A stretch of DNA of 61,211 bases, the filler included, from Streblomastix strix (Eukaryota), in the NCBI GenBank assembly GCA_008636045.1. It is 3 parts of 3 records of this genome, joined end to end, with 100 filler letters (N's around TTAATTAATTAA, not from the genome) between each part and the next. Parts side by side here need not be neighbours in the genome. Positions count along the whole stretch, not along the records: positions 20,453 to 40,787 come from SNRW01000439.1; 2 more parts are not named here. One strand, given 5' to 3'. The notes beneath the pieces were generated by a model. The model did not search any database, was not told where the DNA came from, and saw nothing but the letters and a program-made list of their open reading frames with translations. Below, piece after piece: positions 27,146-40,887 of this stretch; within the stretch, counting starts at the first letter, position 1, and each line of letters opens with the position of its first letter. The position numbers were made by a program, and so were the translations under genes.

Positions 27146-30100
27146 TCAAAACTCGTTCTTCATGTCAAGCTCTTGTAATTTTTGTTGTAGTTTCGACAAT
27201 CCACTACCAATATCCTCGCTTCCCCTTACATCTGGGTTTAGAAACATCCCGTCTAGTAGCAATGATCTCAGATTTGAATCTTCACTTGCCTTTGTCTAAG
27301 CCTGTTTGTCTTCCATTGCCTTTGCCTCCTATCTATCCCTTTCAACTTGTCTCTCCTTCTCTCTGACTCTCTCCTACTCATTCATTCTTTCTCTTTCTAT
27401 CTGCATCTCTGCATTTTTCTCAGCTTCAGCATTCAATAGCATCAACATCCTTGCATTCTACTCAGCAAGCATTTAATTTGCTGCTGCTGTTGCTGCTATT
27501 GCATCATCTTGATCTTAAGAATCTGGATGAAGAAGAGATTATTATCCAAGCGCACCCGCGGCATTACGTATTCTAACACCAAGCCTTGTACCATGATCTT
27601 TTGCACCAGCTAACTGAGATCCTGTTTCTGTGTTTTCAATCGTAGAAGCAATTAGAACACCATTTATATCTCTATTTGTACTGGTTAAACCTAATCCATG
27701 AAGAAATGAAGGATTTGAAGCTCCGGATAAAATGCTCTATTAATGCTAAGATGTAAATGGTATGGGTATTGTTCCTGCAGAAGATGTTTTAGTAGCAATT
27801 GGACGAAGCAGTTCTTGTAATCTTTATTAAACAGGAAGCGGTCCAAGAGTTGATGATGCTGATGTAGATGAATATTGAGATTATCCATATCCCATTGAAG
27901 AATTGAACTATTATCCAACAAAATCTGAATTTCTTTGAAGTGATTATGGTTCAAGAACTGAAAGAGAACTAATTGCTGTAATAAATAAATAAATAAAATA
28001 ACACTATTACTAATATTAATAAATATTGCATACTTCCTCCTCCTCCATTCATATTAGCAGCTGTTTCTTATCCAATTCCATATTTTTGATTTATTCCAAC
28101 TCCAAATCTATTATTTCCTGTATTTATTCCTTTCTCACTTAAATTATTATTTCTAAATCCAGTTCCACCTTATCCAAATTAAGAATAATATAATGATTAT
28201 TATGTCAAATTTACAGTATCTATATTTGCATTCATTCTTTATGTAGTATTATCTGCTAGTGCAGCTCTTGATCTTATATGTGCTTCATCAAATAGAGTCT
28301 AAATATAAAGATTGAAATATTCAAACAATAAATGATTGATATTTTCTAATTTAATTATTACCTCAAGTTCACGCATTCTTCTTTCTCGTGATGTAGCCAC
28401 TGATGTAGCATCACCAAGCTATGTTGTTAGTTCTCTTATTTTTCTATGAAGTTCATCAATCTAAAATTCAGACCTTTCTCTTACTTCTTTCACTTCATTA
28501 GCTGTATGTAATATGAAATATATTTAATAAAAAATAATATATTCAATAATAATTAATACTCAATTAAATACACACATAGTTGTTGTCTTTGATTTTCAGT
28601 CATCTCTTTCTACATTCTAAGATGATCAGCTTCTTAAGCTGCGCTTCCAAATTCAGATTCATACTAGAAAATTTATATTATTATATGTTATTTATAAGAG
28701 AGACAGATATTTATTAATGAAATTATTATTATCAAGTTCTATTAAATAATAAACCTTTCTATGTTACTCGCACATCGCAACATAATCTTCTCTCATTCTT
28801 CTCATCTGAGTTTTTAAATCTGACAATTCATCTTCAGCTTATTTTAAATCATTTGTCTTCTCACTCAATTATTTCTCAACTTATTCATTTTCATATCTTA
28901 GAGCAACTAATTTGCCTTCTTTCTCTGCAAGTGCTTGTGCATTCTTTTCTGATGCTAATTATGCTTCAGATCTATGAATACATTCATAAATATTAAAGTA
29001 AATTAAATTCATATTTAGTGGACATAATATTTTAATAAACCTAATTTTTTAAAGTTATTCTTCCATCTATGAATGTTATGTCTTTAATGAATCAGCAACA
29101 GCTTATGTTTATTATCTTTCACCATGAAGCGCATCATACAATTTTGTAAGCTCTGATTTTAATCTCCCAACCTATAAATACAATAAATTAACAATTATTT
29201 TATAATCCAGTAAATAAATAAATGAAAACCTCGGCAGCATCAGAAGCAACTTATTATCTTTCAATTTCAGTTGTTCTTAACTATTCCTCAGCTTCTTATA
29301 TCTTTTATTATAAGTCATTTTTTTCGATTTATAATTAAGAAAGTTTATCATGTGCATCTCTAACTCTTTTAGAGGCTGTAGCTGCTCTTTCTCGATGCTG
29401 GGTTAACTATGAGGAATATTAATTGAAAGATATAAAATTAAGAAACATAAAAATATAATTAAATTAATAATCAAATTCTTTTCATAAATAATATTTTGGT
29501 ATTATTGTTATTTATTATTTTATCACCTCCTATTACATCAACTTCCTTTCGATCTCTGCTTCTCTCCTTGCTTTTGCTAATTATATTTGCATCTCTTCTG
29601 TTAACTCACTTTCATCTACATTTTATCCTATTCCTCTATTTACTACACTGATACTATAATTTGATTTATTCTTATTTGATAGTTGAGATTATGATAATGA
29701 AGTATTATAAGCTGAGGGGGATAAAGTTTAAGGACGAGGTTTTATTGCAAATTAATTTGATTCATTTACTTAATCTAATTATTATTAGTTTTGTTAGACT
29801 AATTATATTTTATCATTAAATGAAACTTTAGATTAACTAAATACTGATTATGAAGGAGATACAGATCTTGTAAATCTCTTTTATGAGTTAGAATATATTG
29901 ATTAAGTAGGTCCATTATTTATACTGTCTTTTTCTCTTTCTTATTCATCATTAAATAAAGATCCAAGTGGTTGAGGTGTTAATCTTCCTCCATCTTCTTA
30001 TCTTTTTACAATAGCTTTATCTCCTTATACAAATCTTCTTTATTATAATTAGCTTCCCAATAGTAATTCATTCTCTTCTTATCTATTAATTTTATCATTA

Positions 30101-32834
30101 AAATAGCTATTATTATTTATATTTTAATTCTTATTTGATAATATATTAGAATGTCCAAATGGTGTACTTACAGAAGAAAGAAATTGATTTTCTTAATTAA
30201 ATCTTTCTTTTGATTATTCTTCTTCTCTTAATAATTAAGTTTTCATTCTATCTGATTCTTTCTTCAATTATACAATATCTATTGTTAGTACTATTAACAT
30301 TGAGAGAAATATAGGGATTTATAAAGAATAAAAATAGAAATATAATGAAACAATAAATTTTTATTTTATAAATAATTTATTCAATTTTATTATAAATATA
30401 CATTATAAATTTTTTTCTTTCTCGTCTATTTAGGAAATAAGTCTTTTTGTTTCATCATCTATTGATTTCTAATGAATAATATTTTAATTAAAGATATAAT
30501 AATTAATAAATTTGAAAAATCTTTAAGTATTAAATTTATTATTATTGAAATAGTATTGCTTATATTTAATATATAATACTTTTCTTTCTTACTCTGATCT
30601 TGCTTTCTCAGCATTCGAACTTTCAACTACACGAAGACGTTCTATTAATACTCGAGTCTATCGAAAATAAATAATAATATTGAAAGGAATATTTTAATCA
30701 ATAAATAAATCAAACTTCCATTTTCCCTCCATTTGCTGCAGCTTATGCTTATTATTCTGCCTCTATTGCCTTCTATTCAGCTTATTCTAATTCACTTTAT
30801 TTATCCTTATTAATTATATATATAATTAGAAAATGAAATAAATATGGATAAATAAAAGAAGTGATATTGAATATACCTAATACTCATAATCAAGCTATTG
30901 AGATTTCTCTCTTAATTATGCACATTCTGATTCTAACTCTTATAATATATTTAACGCAGCATTAACAGAAGAAGAAGCTGATTGATGAAAAGATTTTGTA
31001 TTCCTTGAAGGAGACAATTATAATGAGGATTAAGATGCAGATAATGATATTGGAACTCTTGAGTATTAGGTCCCTTTCCATCCTTATGAATTAGCAAATG
31101 ATGTGGCCTTAATTAATAAGAAAGAAAGAAAGAAAGAATATTATGAATCTGTATTATTTACTTTCATCTTATTAATTATTATTATAGACAATTGGACAAT
31201 TAATACTACCTCATTCAATTTCTCCTCTAAAAGAGTTATCTTTCTCTTTGTAATCTAGTTCTGTTATCTTGTTTATTCTATTTCCCTTTTTAATTCATCT
31301 ACCCTCTGATTTGTGTATTATCTAGTTTACTATTGAAAGTTTAATATATAATATATAATATATAATATATAATATATAATATATAATATATAATATATAA
31401 TATATAATATATAATATATAATATATAATATATAATATATAATATATAATATATTATATATTATATATAATATATAATATATAATATATAATATATAATA
31501 TATAATATATAATATATAATAGATAATATATAATATATAATATATAATATATAATATATAATATATAATATATAATATATAATATATAATATATAATATA
31601 TAATATATAATAGATAATAGATAATATATAATATATAATAGATAATAGATAATATATAATATATAATAGATAATAGATAATAGATAATAGATAATAGATA
31701 ATAGATAATATATAATATATAATATATAATAAATATAATAGATAATAGATAATAGATAATATATAATAGATAGTCAAACCTCCAAATCTCCTCTCATTCT
31801 TTTCTCTGATATTTCATCCTGTTCATTCCATGTCTGTTCAAATTAATCATTTCTTTCTTCCCAATCATCTTAACCTCTATTTGCTTATTTCATAAGTTCA
31901 GAAATCTAGATTATGAATTTAAATTAATAAGAAATATATTAGAAAACAATAGCATTTATTATTTATTCATTTAACAATTATTATTTAATATATACCTGTG
32001 CTTAGAGCATCTTTGTTTCAATTGCATTCTCTTCCTCTTATTCCTTAAGTCTGATTTAGAGTTTCAATTAAAACAATAAGTATTAATATAAATATTATTC
32101 AAACTGTTTACTCAATTCCTCAAATTCAGATTAAAGAGACGTGTGTTGAGCTTGAGCTGTTTCTAGTAGATTAGTACTTTCAGCACTAAAATCTGGAATA
32201 AACAAATATAAGTATCAAGAAAATGATATTATAAACAAGTTATATTATATTATTTTATATTAATCAAACCAATGTTTCCAAGTTCACCTGAACTGGCAAT
32301 TTTATTGGAATTTGCAATTTCTTTCAATCTTATTTCAGCTCTTTCTATTCTTTCCTACGCATCAACATATTCATTCTCAGCTTATTCAGTCGCTTATAAA
32401 GCTTATTTACGTTCATTATCTATTGCTTATATTTCCACTCTCATCTTAGCCTTCAAATCCAACAGCTCTGATTCAGCTGCTGTCATCCGTTTGTGCATAT
32501 CTTATGCTGTAGATTCAGCTGTTTTCTTTTTCTGTTCAACCTCTGAAATTTGGGATGTTAGATGGGCGGTTTCTGTTGCTTTTGTTTTTTAAATTTCATC
32601 CCGTAGTGTATTTACCATCCTCTATGAATCAGCTGCCATACGCTGAACTTTATTAAATTCTTCTCTGGCAATTTTTGTTTCCTAGCTCTAAGCTTGCAAT
32701 CGTTCGCTAAGTTCTTCCTTTTCTTTTAGTAACTAAAGTTGCATCTCATTCATTGCCGTAACTTCTTCTTACTTAAGTCGAACAGCTTCACGTGTTTGCT
32801 GGATTTCTCTTCGCAAAGCTTCAACTTCAGACAT
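27146..32834 (-). CDS. large multi-exon coiled-coil protein (cytoskeletal/basal-body-like), unknown family
   Basis: MSEVEALRREIQQTREAVRLKQEEV...; E/Q/R/K-rich heptads over many GT-AG-separated exons; ends QELDMKNEF-TGA. Confidence 0.75.
31341..31770. repeat. intronic 7-bp satellite (AATATAT)n with AATAGAT variants and a short inversion
   Basis: About 430 bp of heptamer repeats, orientation flip near 31454-31465, inside a minus-strand intron (~31330-31779). Confidence 0.95.
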
Positions 32835-33227
32835 TTTATTGATTACTGGATAAATTCAAACATAGGTATGAATATAAAAATAAAATCATTACATAAATGA
32901 TTATAATAGTTCAATATATATGAAATTGTTGCTTTAAAAGCGAAAAAATCATTCATAACAATCTTTTAAATTGATTATTACCGTAGGAGACAAAAGGGGC
33001 AATGGTGATACAAAAGGGGTAATATTGGTTATATTAATAAAACGTTGAAGTAAACATTGTTAGTTAAGGTGTAATAAATTAAAATATATTGTCAAATATA
33101 TTAAATTAAGTATAACGTTCAAAAAATGAATTTTTATATTTTCTTGTTTATTTACTGGTCTTATTGATTTATTTAATGGTTAAACTATATTTTTTTAGAA
33201 ATATCTTTTTTATAATATCGCTAATTT

Positions 33228-33615
33228 ATGGAAGAGAAGGCGGCAGCCATTGATGAAGAAGAAGAATTTTAAAAAATGTTCCGTCTCTTCGATGTGCGAA
33301 GTATATTCAAATTTTGATTAAAAAATATATTAAAATAATACGATTACTAAATATTCATTAATATTAATATAATAGGAGTAGGATATGCAACGTATTCTGA
33401 TGTAGAAACTGTATTTAAAGAACATGCTCCAACTGTGAAAGCAGATGTTATTGAACGAATGTTTACAGAGGTATAAACTACTTTAATTTCTATTTATTTT
33501 CAATTTTTATATTTTATTAATTCAGGTTGATCGAGACGGCGACGGGAATATAAGTTTTTTGGACTTTTACCGAATAATGAAACTTGCTCACCCATCAGCA
33601 CTTCAAAAGTCATGA
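33228..33615 (+). CDS. small two-EF-hand calmodulin/centrin-like protein (3 exons)
   Basis: EFQKMFRLFDVRRVGYATYSDV...IERMFTEVDRDGDGNISFLDFYRIM; introns 33301-33375 and ~33471-33525. Confidence 0.88.
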
Positions 33616-34412
33616 AAATAGCTGTATTCATTATAAATAAAATCATTTATTATTAATTAGAAATAAAACTAATGACATATCCAAGAAATTTTACTAAATT
33701 TATCAAATTTTCCTCTGAATTTTGGGCCATTTTTCCTGGTTTATTTTTCTAAAAATTTTACATTGACAATTTATTTATAAATAGAATTTTATTATTTTAT
33801 ATTAATTTGCATTTAATTTCTTGCAATTCTTATTCAGACCGCAGAAATTTTACATGCTCTTTTTCTCCATCCTTTGGTTGTATTATTTTTTTATTATAGT
33901 TCATATTTGTTTATTTTATTATTCTACATTATTTAAAATTGCTTAATTTATTTTATTTGTTTACTGTTGCTGTCAGCGGCAATTTTGCTAGAACATTACA
34001 TTGCTATGTGTTTCTAGCGCTTAATAAGCATTTTATATATTTATTAAATGTATAATTTATATTTTTATATTATATATTTGTCTTTTTATTATTCATATTA
34101 TTAATTACATTAATCATTAAGAATTCATATTACCTCAAATTATAATTTTGATTTTCCAATTCATTATTCAAAACAATTTCATTACTAATCAATATTCAAT
34201 TGATGTATTAATTCATTCTAAATAATTTTTTGATTAATATTAAATAACTATTACATCAATTTTTTGTCAATCACATTTTAAAATCTATCTTATGAATTAT
34301 AAGAATCAAATTAATTTATTTATAGATCTTTAATGAATTCCAATTTTAAAATTATATTTTTGTTTTTATTTTTTATAATATAATAGATCTAGTGTTGAAT
34401 TGAGATTATCCG

Positions 34413-35396
34413 ATGCTTGATAGAGAAAGTATTGTACATTTTTATAACACATTCTATCTTATACATACATTTATTATTAGATTGGGGTGGAAAGACAGGA
34501 TCAGGTGGACCAGCGAGTGAAGAGTGGCAAAATATTGATAGGAAAGAAAGACTACGTAAGCTTGCTATAGAAACAGCTGACTTATCAAAGGTAGACTATA
34601 AACATTATATTTCATATTACTCACTATTAAATATACCCATCAGGATCCATATTTTATGAAGAACTATCTTGGTCAATTTGAATGCAAACTCTGCTTCACT
34701 GTTCACCTCACAGAAGCCAACTACTTAGCTCACACATAAGCTAAAAGACATCAGGAGAATTTAGCAAAGATTGCCTTCTAGAAATCAAAAGAATAAACAT
34801 CTGCGGCACAGATGTATAATCAGAAGAAGAAGATTTAGAGTATCAGAAAAACAGCAAAAATTGGGATGTTAGTATAACTAATATTTATAATATTTTCAAT
34901 TTTATTTATTATTAAACTTTATATTTTAGTCCAGGGTACACAATAACTAAACAACAAGATCCAGCTTCTAAATAATTTGGGTTATTAGTTTAAGTTTGCA
35001 TACAATCTATATATATTATTAATTATTTCCATATTTTTTAATTAGATTGATTATTCATAAATCAACGAAGGCATACAACCTAGGTATAGAATAATGAGTG
35101 CTTATGAATAACATAAAGAAACACCAGACAAGAACTTCTAGTTTGTTACACCATTTTTCATTCATATTAATTACTTATATATTTTTATAAACTTATTCAG
35201 ATATCTTCTATTTGCAGCAGAGCCTTATGACACAATTGCCATAAAAATTCCAAATTGGCAAATTGAGCGAGGAGGTGAGGGTGAAGGAAAACCCTACACG
35301 CACTTTGATGATGAAAGTAAAATATTCACTCTTTCATTGACATTCAAACCTCGCTCTGATGATAGTAAGGATGCGAATTAGAGTAAATAGAAATGA
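34413..35396 (+). CDS. SF3A2: splicing factor 3A subunit 2 (Prp11/SAP62)
   Basis: GGKTGSGG, DRKERLRKLAIET, DPYFMKNYLGQFECKLCFTVH...YLAHTQAKRHQENL, PRYRIMSAYEQ and YLLFAAEPYDTIAIKIP; five short GT-AG introns. Confidence 0.96.
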
Positions 35397-35699
35397 TCAG
35401 ATGCGATAGAGGGATGAAATTAATGAATTATTCATTTCATATTTTATGAATACATGTTTTGTTCTTTTTAATAAATTTTATTAATAAATATAGATTATGA
35501 AATGAGTATTCCGTATCAAATTAAAAAAATTTAAAAATTTATCAAATTAATAAATTGATAAAGGTTTTGATGTGATTAAAATTGATGTTGCAATATACTT
35601 GTGAAATGGATGGATAATATGATTATAAAACATGTGTAAATGTTTTAATGTTTCTTATTCACTCCTGCCATTTGAAAGTTATTATCAAATATTAAATCA

Positions 35700-37603
35700 T
35701 CATACATCAAATCCATATTATGCGGCCATTGCTAAATCACCTGCAATGAAAGAACAATAAAACAATTAAATAAATAATATTTAATATTTAATATTAAAAG
35801 ATCTAAATAAATTAACCTTCAATTCCCTCAGCACCTGTATCTTCCACTTATGGTCTGACTTAATTAGATCCTTGATTTGATGCACTGCTCTATCCACGAA
35901 TCCTTCCTTATTATCCAAATCCATCAGATTAAGAAGAAGAAACACCTGAATTGCCTTCATTTATATTCCCTTATTCTTCTTCATTATCTCTGTTAATATT
36001 CTAAGTCCCTAATCCATCATTACTTTATTATAATCCACTCGTACTTTTGTTATGAAATTATTATTAACTACCAAATGGTAAAGGTCTTGTCTTAACTCCA
36101 ATTCCTTACTAATTAGACCCTCCTTAATCGCTCTACATGCTTCTTAATCTGGATGAATCAGGTCTCTAAAGATTATTTCCTTATGTCCCCCTCCTTTCTG
36201 AACTCTTACTGTCTTTTCTCTCACGATCTCCTTCTGTTATATTCTCCTACAAATTCTGGGCTGTTCTTCTTCTATGCATCTCATATAGAGCATTGGGTTG
36301 TGTATTTACTCTCATACTATTCTCTCTCTAACGCTCTACATACGCATTCTGTTCAACTTCTGTTTTATACAGTTGTTCATTCTTTAATAGTAATAATAGC
36401 ATATAATAATAATTTATGTACTAATATATTAATCAATCAAACAAACCATCTCCTTCTCTTTATCCACTGCACCACTCTTCTTATTCTCCCGTGATATGAT
36501 GAAGAATGTCATCAACAAAATACATGGAGGCACAACATCAACAAAGAAGTAGAAGAGCAAGTATTAGATGTAATAGCCATGACTATGAAAATGAACAAAA
36601 GAAATTATTTATATCATAATAAATGAATAATTCTACTAAACAAACCAGGATTTTTCGTTATTCAAGTAACAATCATTATTGAACATTCTATACCACCATT
36701 TCTTTATCTAATTAAATGATAAATTATTTTGTAAAAAGTAAAATAAATTTCTTAATTATTTCCTGTAAATTATGTCAATACCTCATTTATCCCAATCATA
36801 TCGAATAGATTCCAAAATGTTCTCACAAACAGAAATAATGCAATGAAAACAGATGAAACGAAAAGTCTTTTAGCTCTCCATTGAATATCTTTTGTGAATC
36901 TATCCTATTAAGATTGTTACTCACCAGTTCCAGTATTGCTCACAGATATCTTATTCAATTTTCGCATTGTTCTAAAAAGGAAGATGGCATAAGATGTTAC
37001 TAAAATAAGGCAGGCAAAGTAATTAATGAAGTTACTAATACTCGTGAAGATGTTTGTAGATTTGTCTGCAAGCTCTTCAAATGCCTGAATTATAATGAAA
37101 ATAAAAAGATATATATAATTATTAGTATATTCAAAATAATATCTTTCTTTTCAAACCGAAGAAAGAATAGCGAGTATCAAGAGAATTAAAGCAAATATAA
37201 TATTCAGGATTAAAAATGCTATATTCAGATTCCTTCTCTTCTTCTGAGGGTTACTATATGATATAAGTAATACTGGTGCCATCCATAATGTCATTAACTC
37301 CCACGATGTAAAGAAGAAGTATCTTGGAAGCTGGTAACACGTAAGTACATATGTAAACATTGTGTGAGGAAAAGGTACAACTAAAACTATGCATTTGATG
37401 AAAAAGAAGACTGCAACTGCAAGCAAGAAAAACTTTTTTAATTTGTTCTTTTTAAGTTTTGTCCCAAGAATCTCAATAAATGCTTATTATCCCGCTAAAA
37501 ACAGTGACAATAATTGAGTGAGAAACAAAATAATCAGAGGAAAAATTCCGCTTCCATAGATTGTTGGGCAAAAGTACGAAATTGTTGTCTGAGAGAAGGG
37601 CAT
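35700..37603 (-). CDS. multi-pass (about 7 TM) membrane protein with long cytoplasmic tail, possibly GPR137/TOM1-like
   Basis: Successive hydrophobic helices (GIFPLIILFLTQLLSLFLAG; FFLLAVAVFFFIKCIVLVVP; ...RTFWNLF; LLFFFVDVVPPCILLMTFFII) then an R/E/Q-rich tail ending GDLAMAAQYGFDV-TGA; family call is tentative. Confidence 0.7.
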
Positions 37604-38087
37604 AAATGTTGAAATGTAAGTAGATATCTCCTCTGCGCTGAATGAAAGAATAAGATAAAAATAAATCTTCGTATAACAATAAATAATATTGTATGTGTAT
37701 ATGGGAAAATATTAAAAATTATTTGGAAGTTAAAATGTAACCTGTGGAAAGTATTGTGGTTATTTTTATCAAAAACTTTGGAAAAGTCAAATATTGTCTG
37801 ATTTTGATTAAATATATTGATTATTACCTAATATTTAATCATAGATTAATTATATTGATAATTTTTAAGTATTATTTTATGGTTAAAATAGGTTCTTTAC
37901 AGCAAAATAATAAAAAGTAATTTTCTAATTCGCTGTTCGGATTATGAGTGGGAACTCTAAAATTATTACTACAAGGGTAGTTTGTTTTGATGTTTTGATA
38001 AGAATTATCATCCAAATTTGGTTATTTACTAACGATTTTCCTGTTTTTAGATATATTTTCATTTTTTAATCTATAAATTTGGTTATC

Positions 38088-39545
38088 ATGAATTCAATTA
38101 CAAATATTGAGGTTAATAATTAAATTGAACAGGTGGAAATGTTAAATCATTTCAAATTTTCTAAGGATGAAGATATAATTTAAATTGTTAATATTCCTCT
38201 ATGCACTTAATTAAAGGAAAAAATTGGATAAACAAAAACGGATAATGAAATAATAACCCTAAATATCATTGAAGTAATTTCCGATAGGGGTGAATTAATG
38301 ACCGAAAAATGGAGATTGAATTAATTTAGTGATTAATTCTCAGATTCTGGATTAGTTTGGAAGATAAAGAAAATAGTCCTTCAAGAAATAAATGAATTAA
38401 AAAAAATTGATGAAGATAATTGGATTAAATCAGAATAAATCTTCCGGCTGGTTTCAATATTTTGTATGATGAGAAAATGAACAGAAATAGAGAAATAAAT
38501 GTTGGATATTTGTGGAGAAGTCTTATATTATTAGATAAATTACTTATTTGAAAGTCTTAAAAGAATCAGTGAAAAATAGAAAACAATAAATACCAATGAA
38601 AACAAAATAATAGAGGCAAGAATTGAAGATTAATTGATGAAAGGATAGTAAATTTTAAGATTATTATTATGTATAACAGAATATAATGATAATAGAGATT
38701 ATTTAGTAGATGTTTATAAAATAGATTAGATTCTTATTCATCTTATTCATTTAAACTGTCTTGTAAAAGAAAATTGTCCAAAATGCATCATCCTTCCAAA
38801 TAGTACCGAACTATATTTATTTTAAGCTTCAGTGATAAGATCATTTTCATCTTTAACATTTGACCATTAATAAATTTCTAACAACCTTAAAGAATTTATT
38901 CTTCCTCATCTTTCTCCAATTATTATTTCATTTGCTCAATTTATGGAAGATAAGTAAATTCCTCCATATTCACAATATTTAGTTGAAGCCTGTTTAGAAA
39001 TCCTTTGGATTTTGCTCATGGAAGATTAATTATTTATTAGTTAAATAATCTCAACAGATAATTTGGTTACATCATTTATCTAACTTATGAACTATAATAG
39101 AAAGAATATTCATGATTTGATTTATCGTAAAATTTCTTCTGAAATTAGACAGCAAAGCACTTGGTGCATATTTTGGGTTGTATAATACGGAAATAATGAA
39201 GAAGAAAAATGTCATACGATTAAATCACAAAGATACATTAACAGTCTCTTAGATGCATTAGGAATAGGTGGTGGTTGTTTAGAAGAGAATTGTAATGTTA
39301 TCTATGAATCTTTAGATAGCTTGAATGAAATTTTTATATTTCTTCGCAATGGTCCTCCTAATTAAGATCATAAAGTTATTTAGAAAGAAATTGAAGGAGT
39401 TTAAGAAGAATCTGGAAATGTAGAAGAGTGTGAAGCCCATTTATACCACATGATAAGTATGAGGGGAGATGATGTTTTTAATCGAGCCAGCGACTTTCAG
39501 GAAACACGAATCAATAGTTTATAAGTCAATAAAGTTTATATTTGA
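38088..39545 (+). pseudogene. intronless ARM/HEAT-like hypothetical protein with one in-frame TGA (38478-80)
   Basis: Frame continues on both sides of the TGA; helical composition with C-terminal LDALGIGGGCLEEN...EESGNVEECEAHL. Confidence 0.6.
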
Positions 39546-39696
39546 TTAGCATTATATTGCATATTATATTTTAATTTTTTTAATTTTTTTTTGTTGTTCA
39601 ATAAATTTAAAAAAGAATTTATATAAAGGATAAGGAATTTTTATTGAAATAGTTAGAAATACTATAAATTTGTTGTGTTTTTTGAAATATTAATAC

Positions 39697-40787
39697 TCAA
39701 ATGTTATCTGTTTGCAATTCATCAGGGGGTTTTGAATTTGAATGAAGTGATTATTGATCTGCGTTTTCAACATTGGTTTGACAAGTTTCAACTTTGTCTG
39801 ATACTTATTATTTCTCATTTGAAAAAGAATCTTATGTAATTGATTGTTGCTCTGGTTCTTGTTGAGTAACAGCGGAAGTTGAATCTTTCTTTGAATTTGC
39901 CATTGAATTAATAACTTCATCTGAGAAGTATAATGATCTACCTGACTAAAATGGATTCTTTTAATTTGGTTGTAAATGTCTGTAAGTACAGTTTGTTTTA
40001 GTACACCGTGTTCTAAATGGACAAAGTGGACGTGAATTTAAGTTAGTGTAATGGGCGAATGTGCATTAAGGATTTGTGCATGCTTTATCATTCTTACATG
40101 GAGGTGCATGAATAAATGGACATGCTAGATTCTTGCAATTAGGATGATAATGACATGGAGCAGGCCAATTAATAACTCCAGATTCATTCAAAGAACTAGT
40201 CTATTCCTTCTCTTACTGAAAATAACCATTTGATTCTTCATTTTCATCATAATTATTCACATAACCTGCATTTGCAAATATTTATTCAAATAATCCTTAA
40301 CCATCAATGTTATTATCTAATCTTAATCTCTTATTACTTGAAGCAAATGAAGAATCCAAATTTGCATTTTCGTCAATAAATTCTTTTTCAAATTCTTTTC
40401 TTGTTAACTTTTTCTGATTTTCATCTTTTTAAATTTAAGAAGAATCATGATCAGGTGTCTGTTGTGAATTATATTGATTATAATTAGGGTCATATGGATT
40501 AGTAAGAGATTATGCGGGAACAGGAAGAGGGTTTTAGATTCCTTATTAATATTAGTTTATTCCTTAAATAGGAGGAGGATATCCAATTGGAGGAATTTAT
40601 TGAAGAGGATGAATATAAGGAGAAGGAATTGGAGCAATTGGAGATATGGGAATCTAATTAGATCCTGTACTATATTACTATCCAGTCTATTATCCTTATT
40701 ATTAAGGTTAAGAAGAAGGATATTATAATTATCTGGGATCTATTGGAATCATAGGTGGGTACATTTGTGGGTATGGATTCTAATATG
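39697..40787 (-). CDS. Pro/Gln-rich protein with three CCCH zinc fingers of Nab2/ZC3H14-type spacing, 5'-truncated
   Basis: CHYHPNCKNLACPFIH, CKNDKACTNPQCTFAH and CPFRTRCTKTNCTYRH (C-x5-C-x4-C-x3-H); TGA at 39697. Confidence 0.8.
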
Positions 40788-40887
40788 NNNNNNNNNNNNN
40801 NNNNNNNNNNNNNNNNNNNNNNNNNNNNNNNTTAATTAATTAANNNNNNNNNNNNNNNNNNNNNNNNNNNNNNNNNNNNNNNNNNNN
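40788..40887. other. artificial contig spacer
   Basis: N-run + TTAATTAATTAA + N-run. Confidence 0.97.

Noticed and set aside
31454..31777. 107-aa Y/I/L-rich ORF in the track
   Set aside because: Translation of an intronic heptamer satellite.
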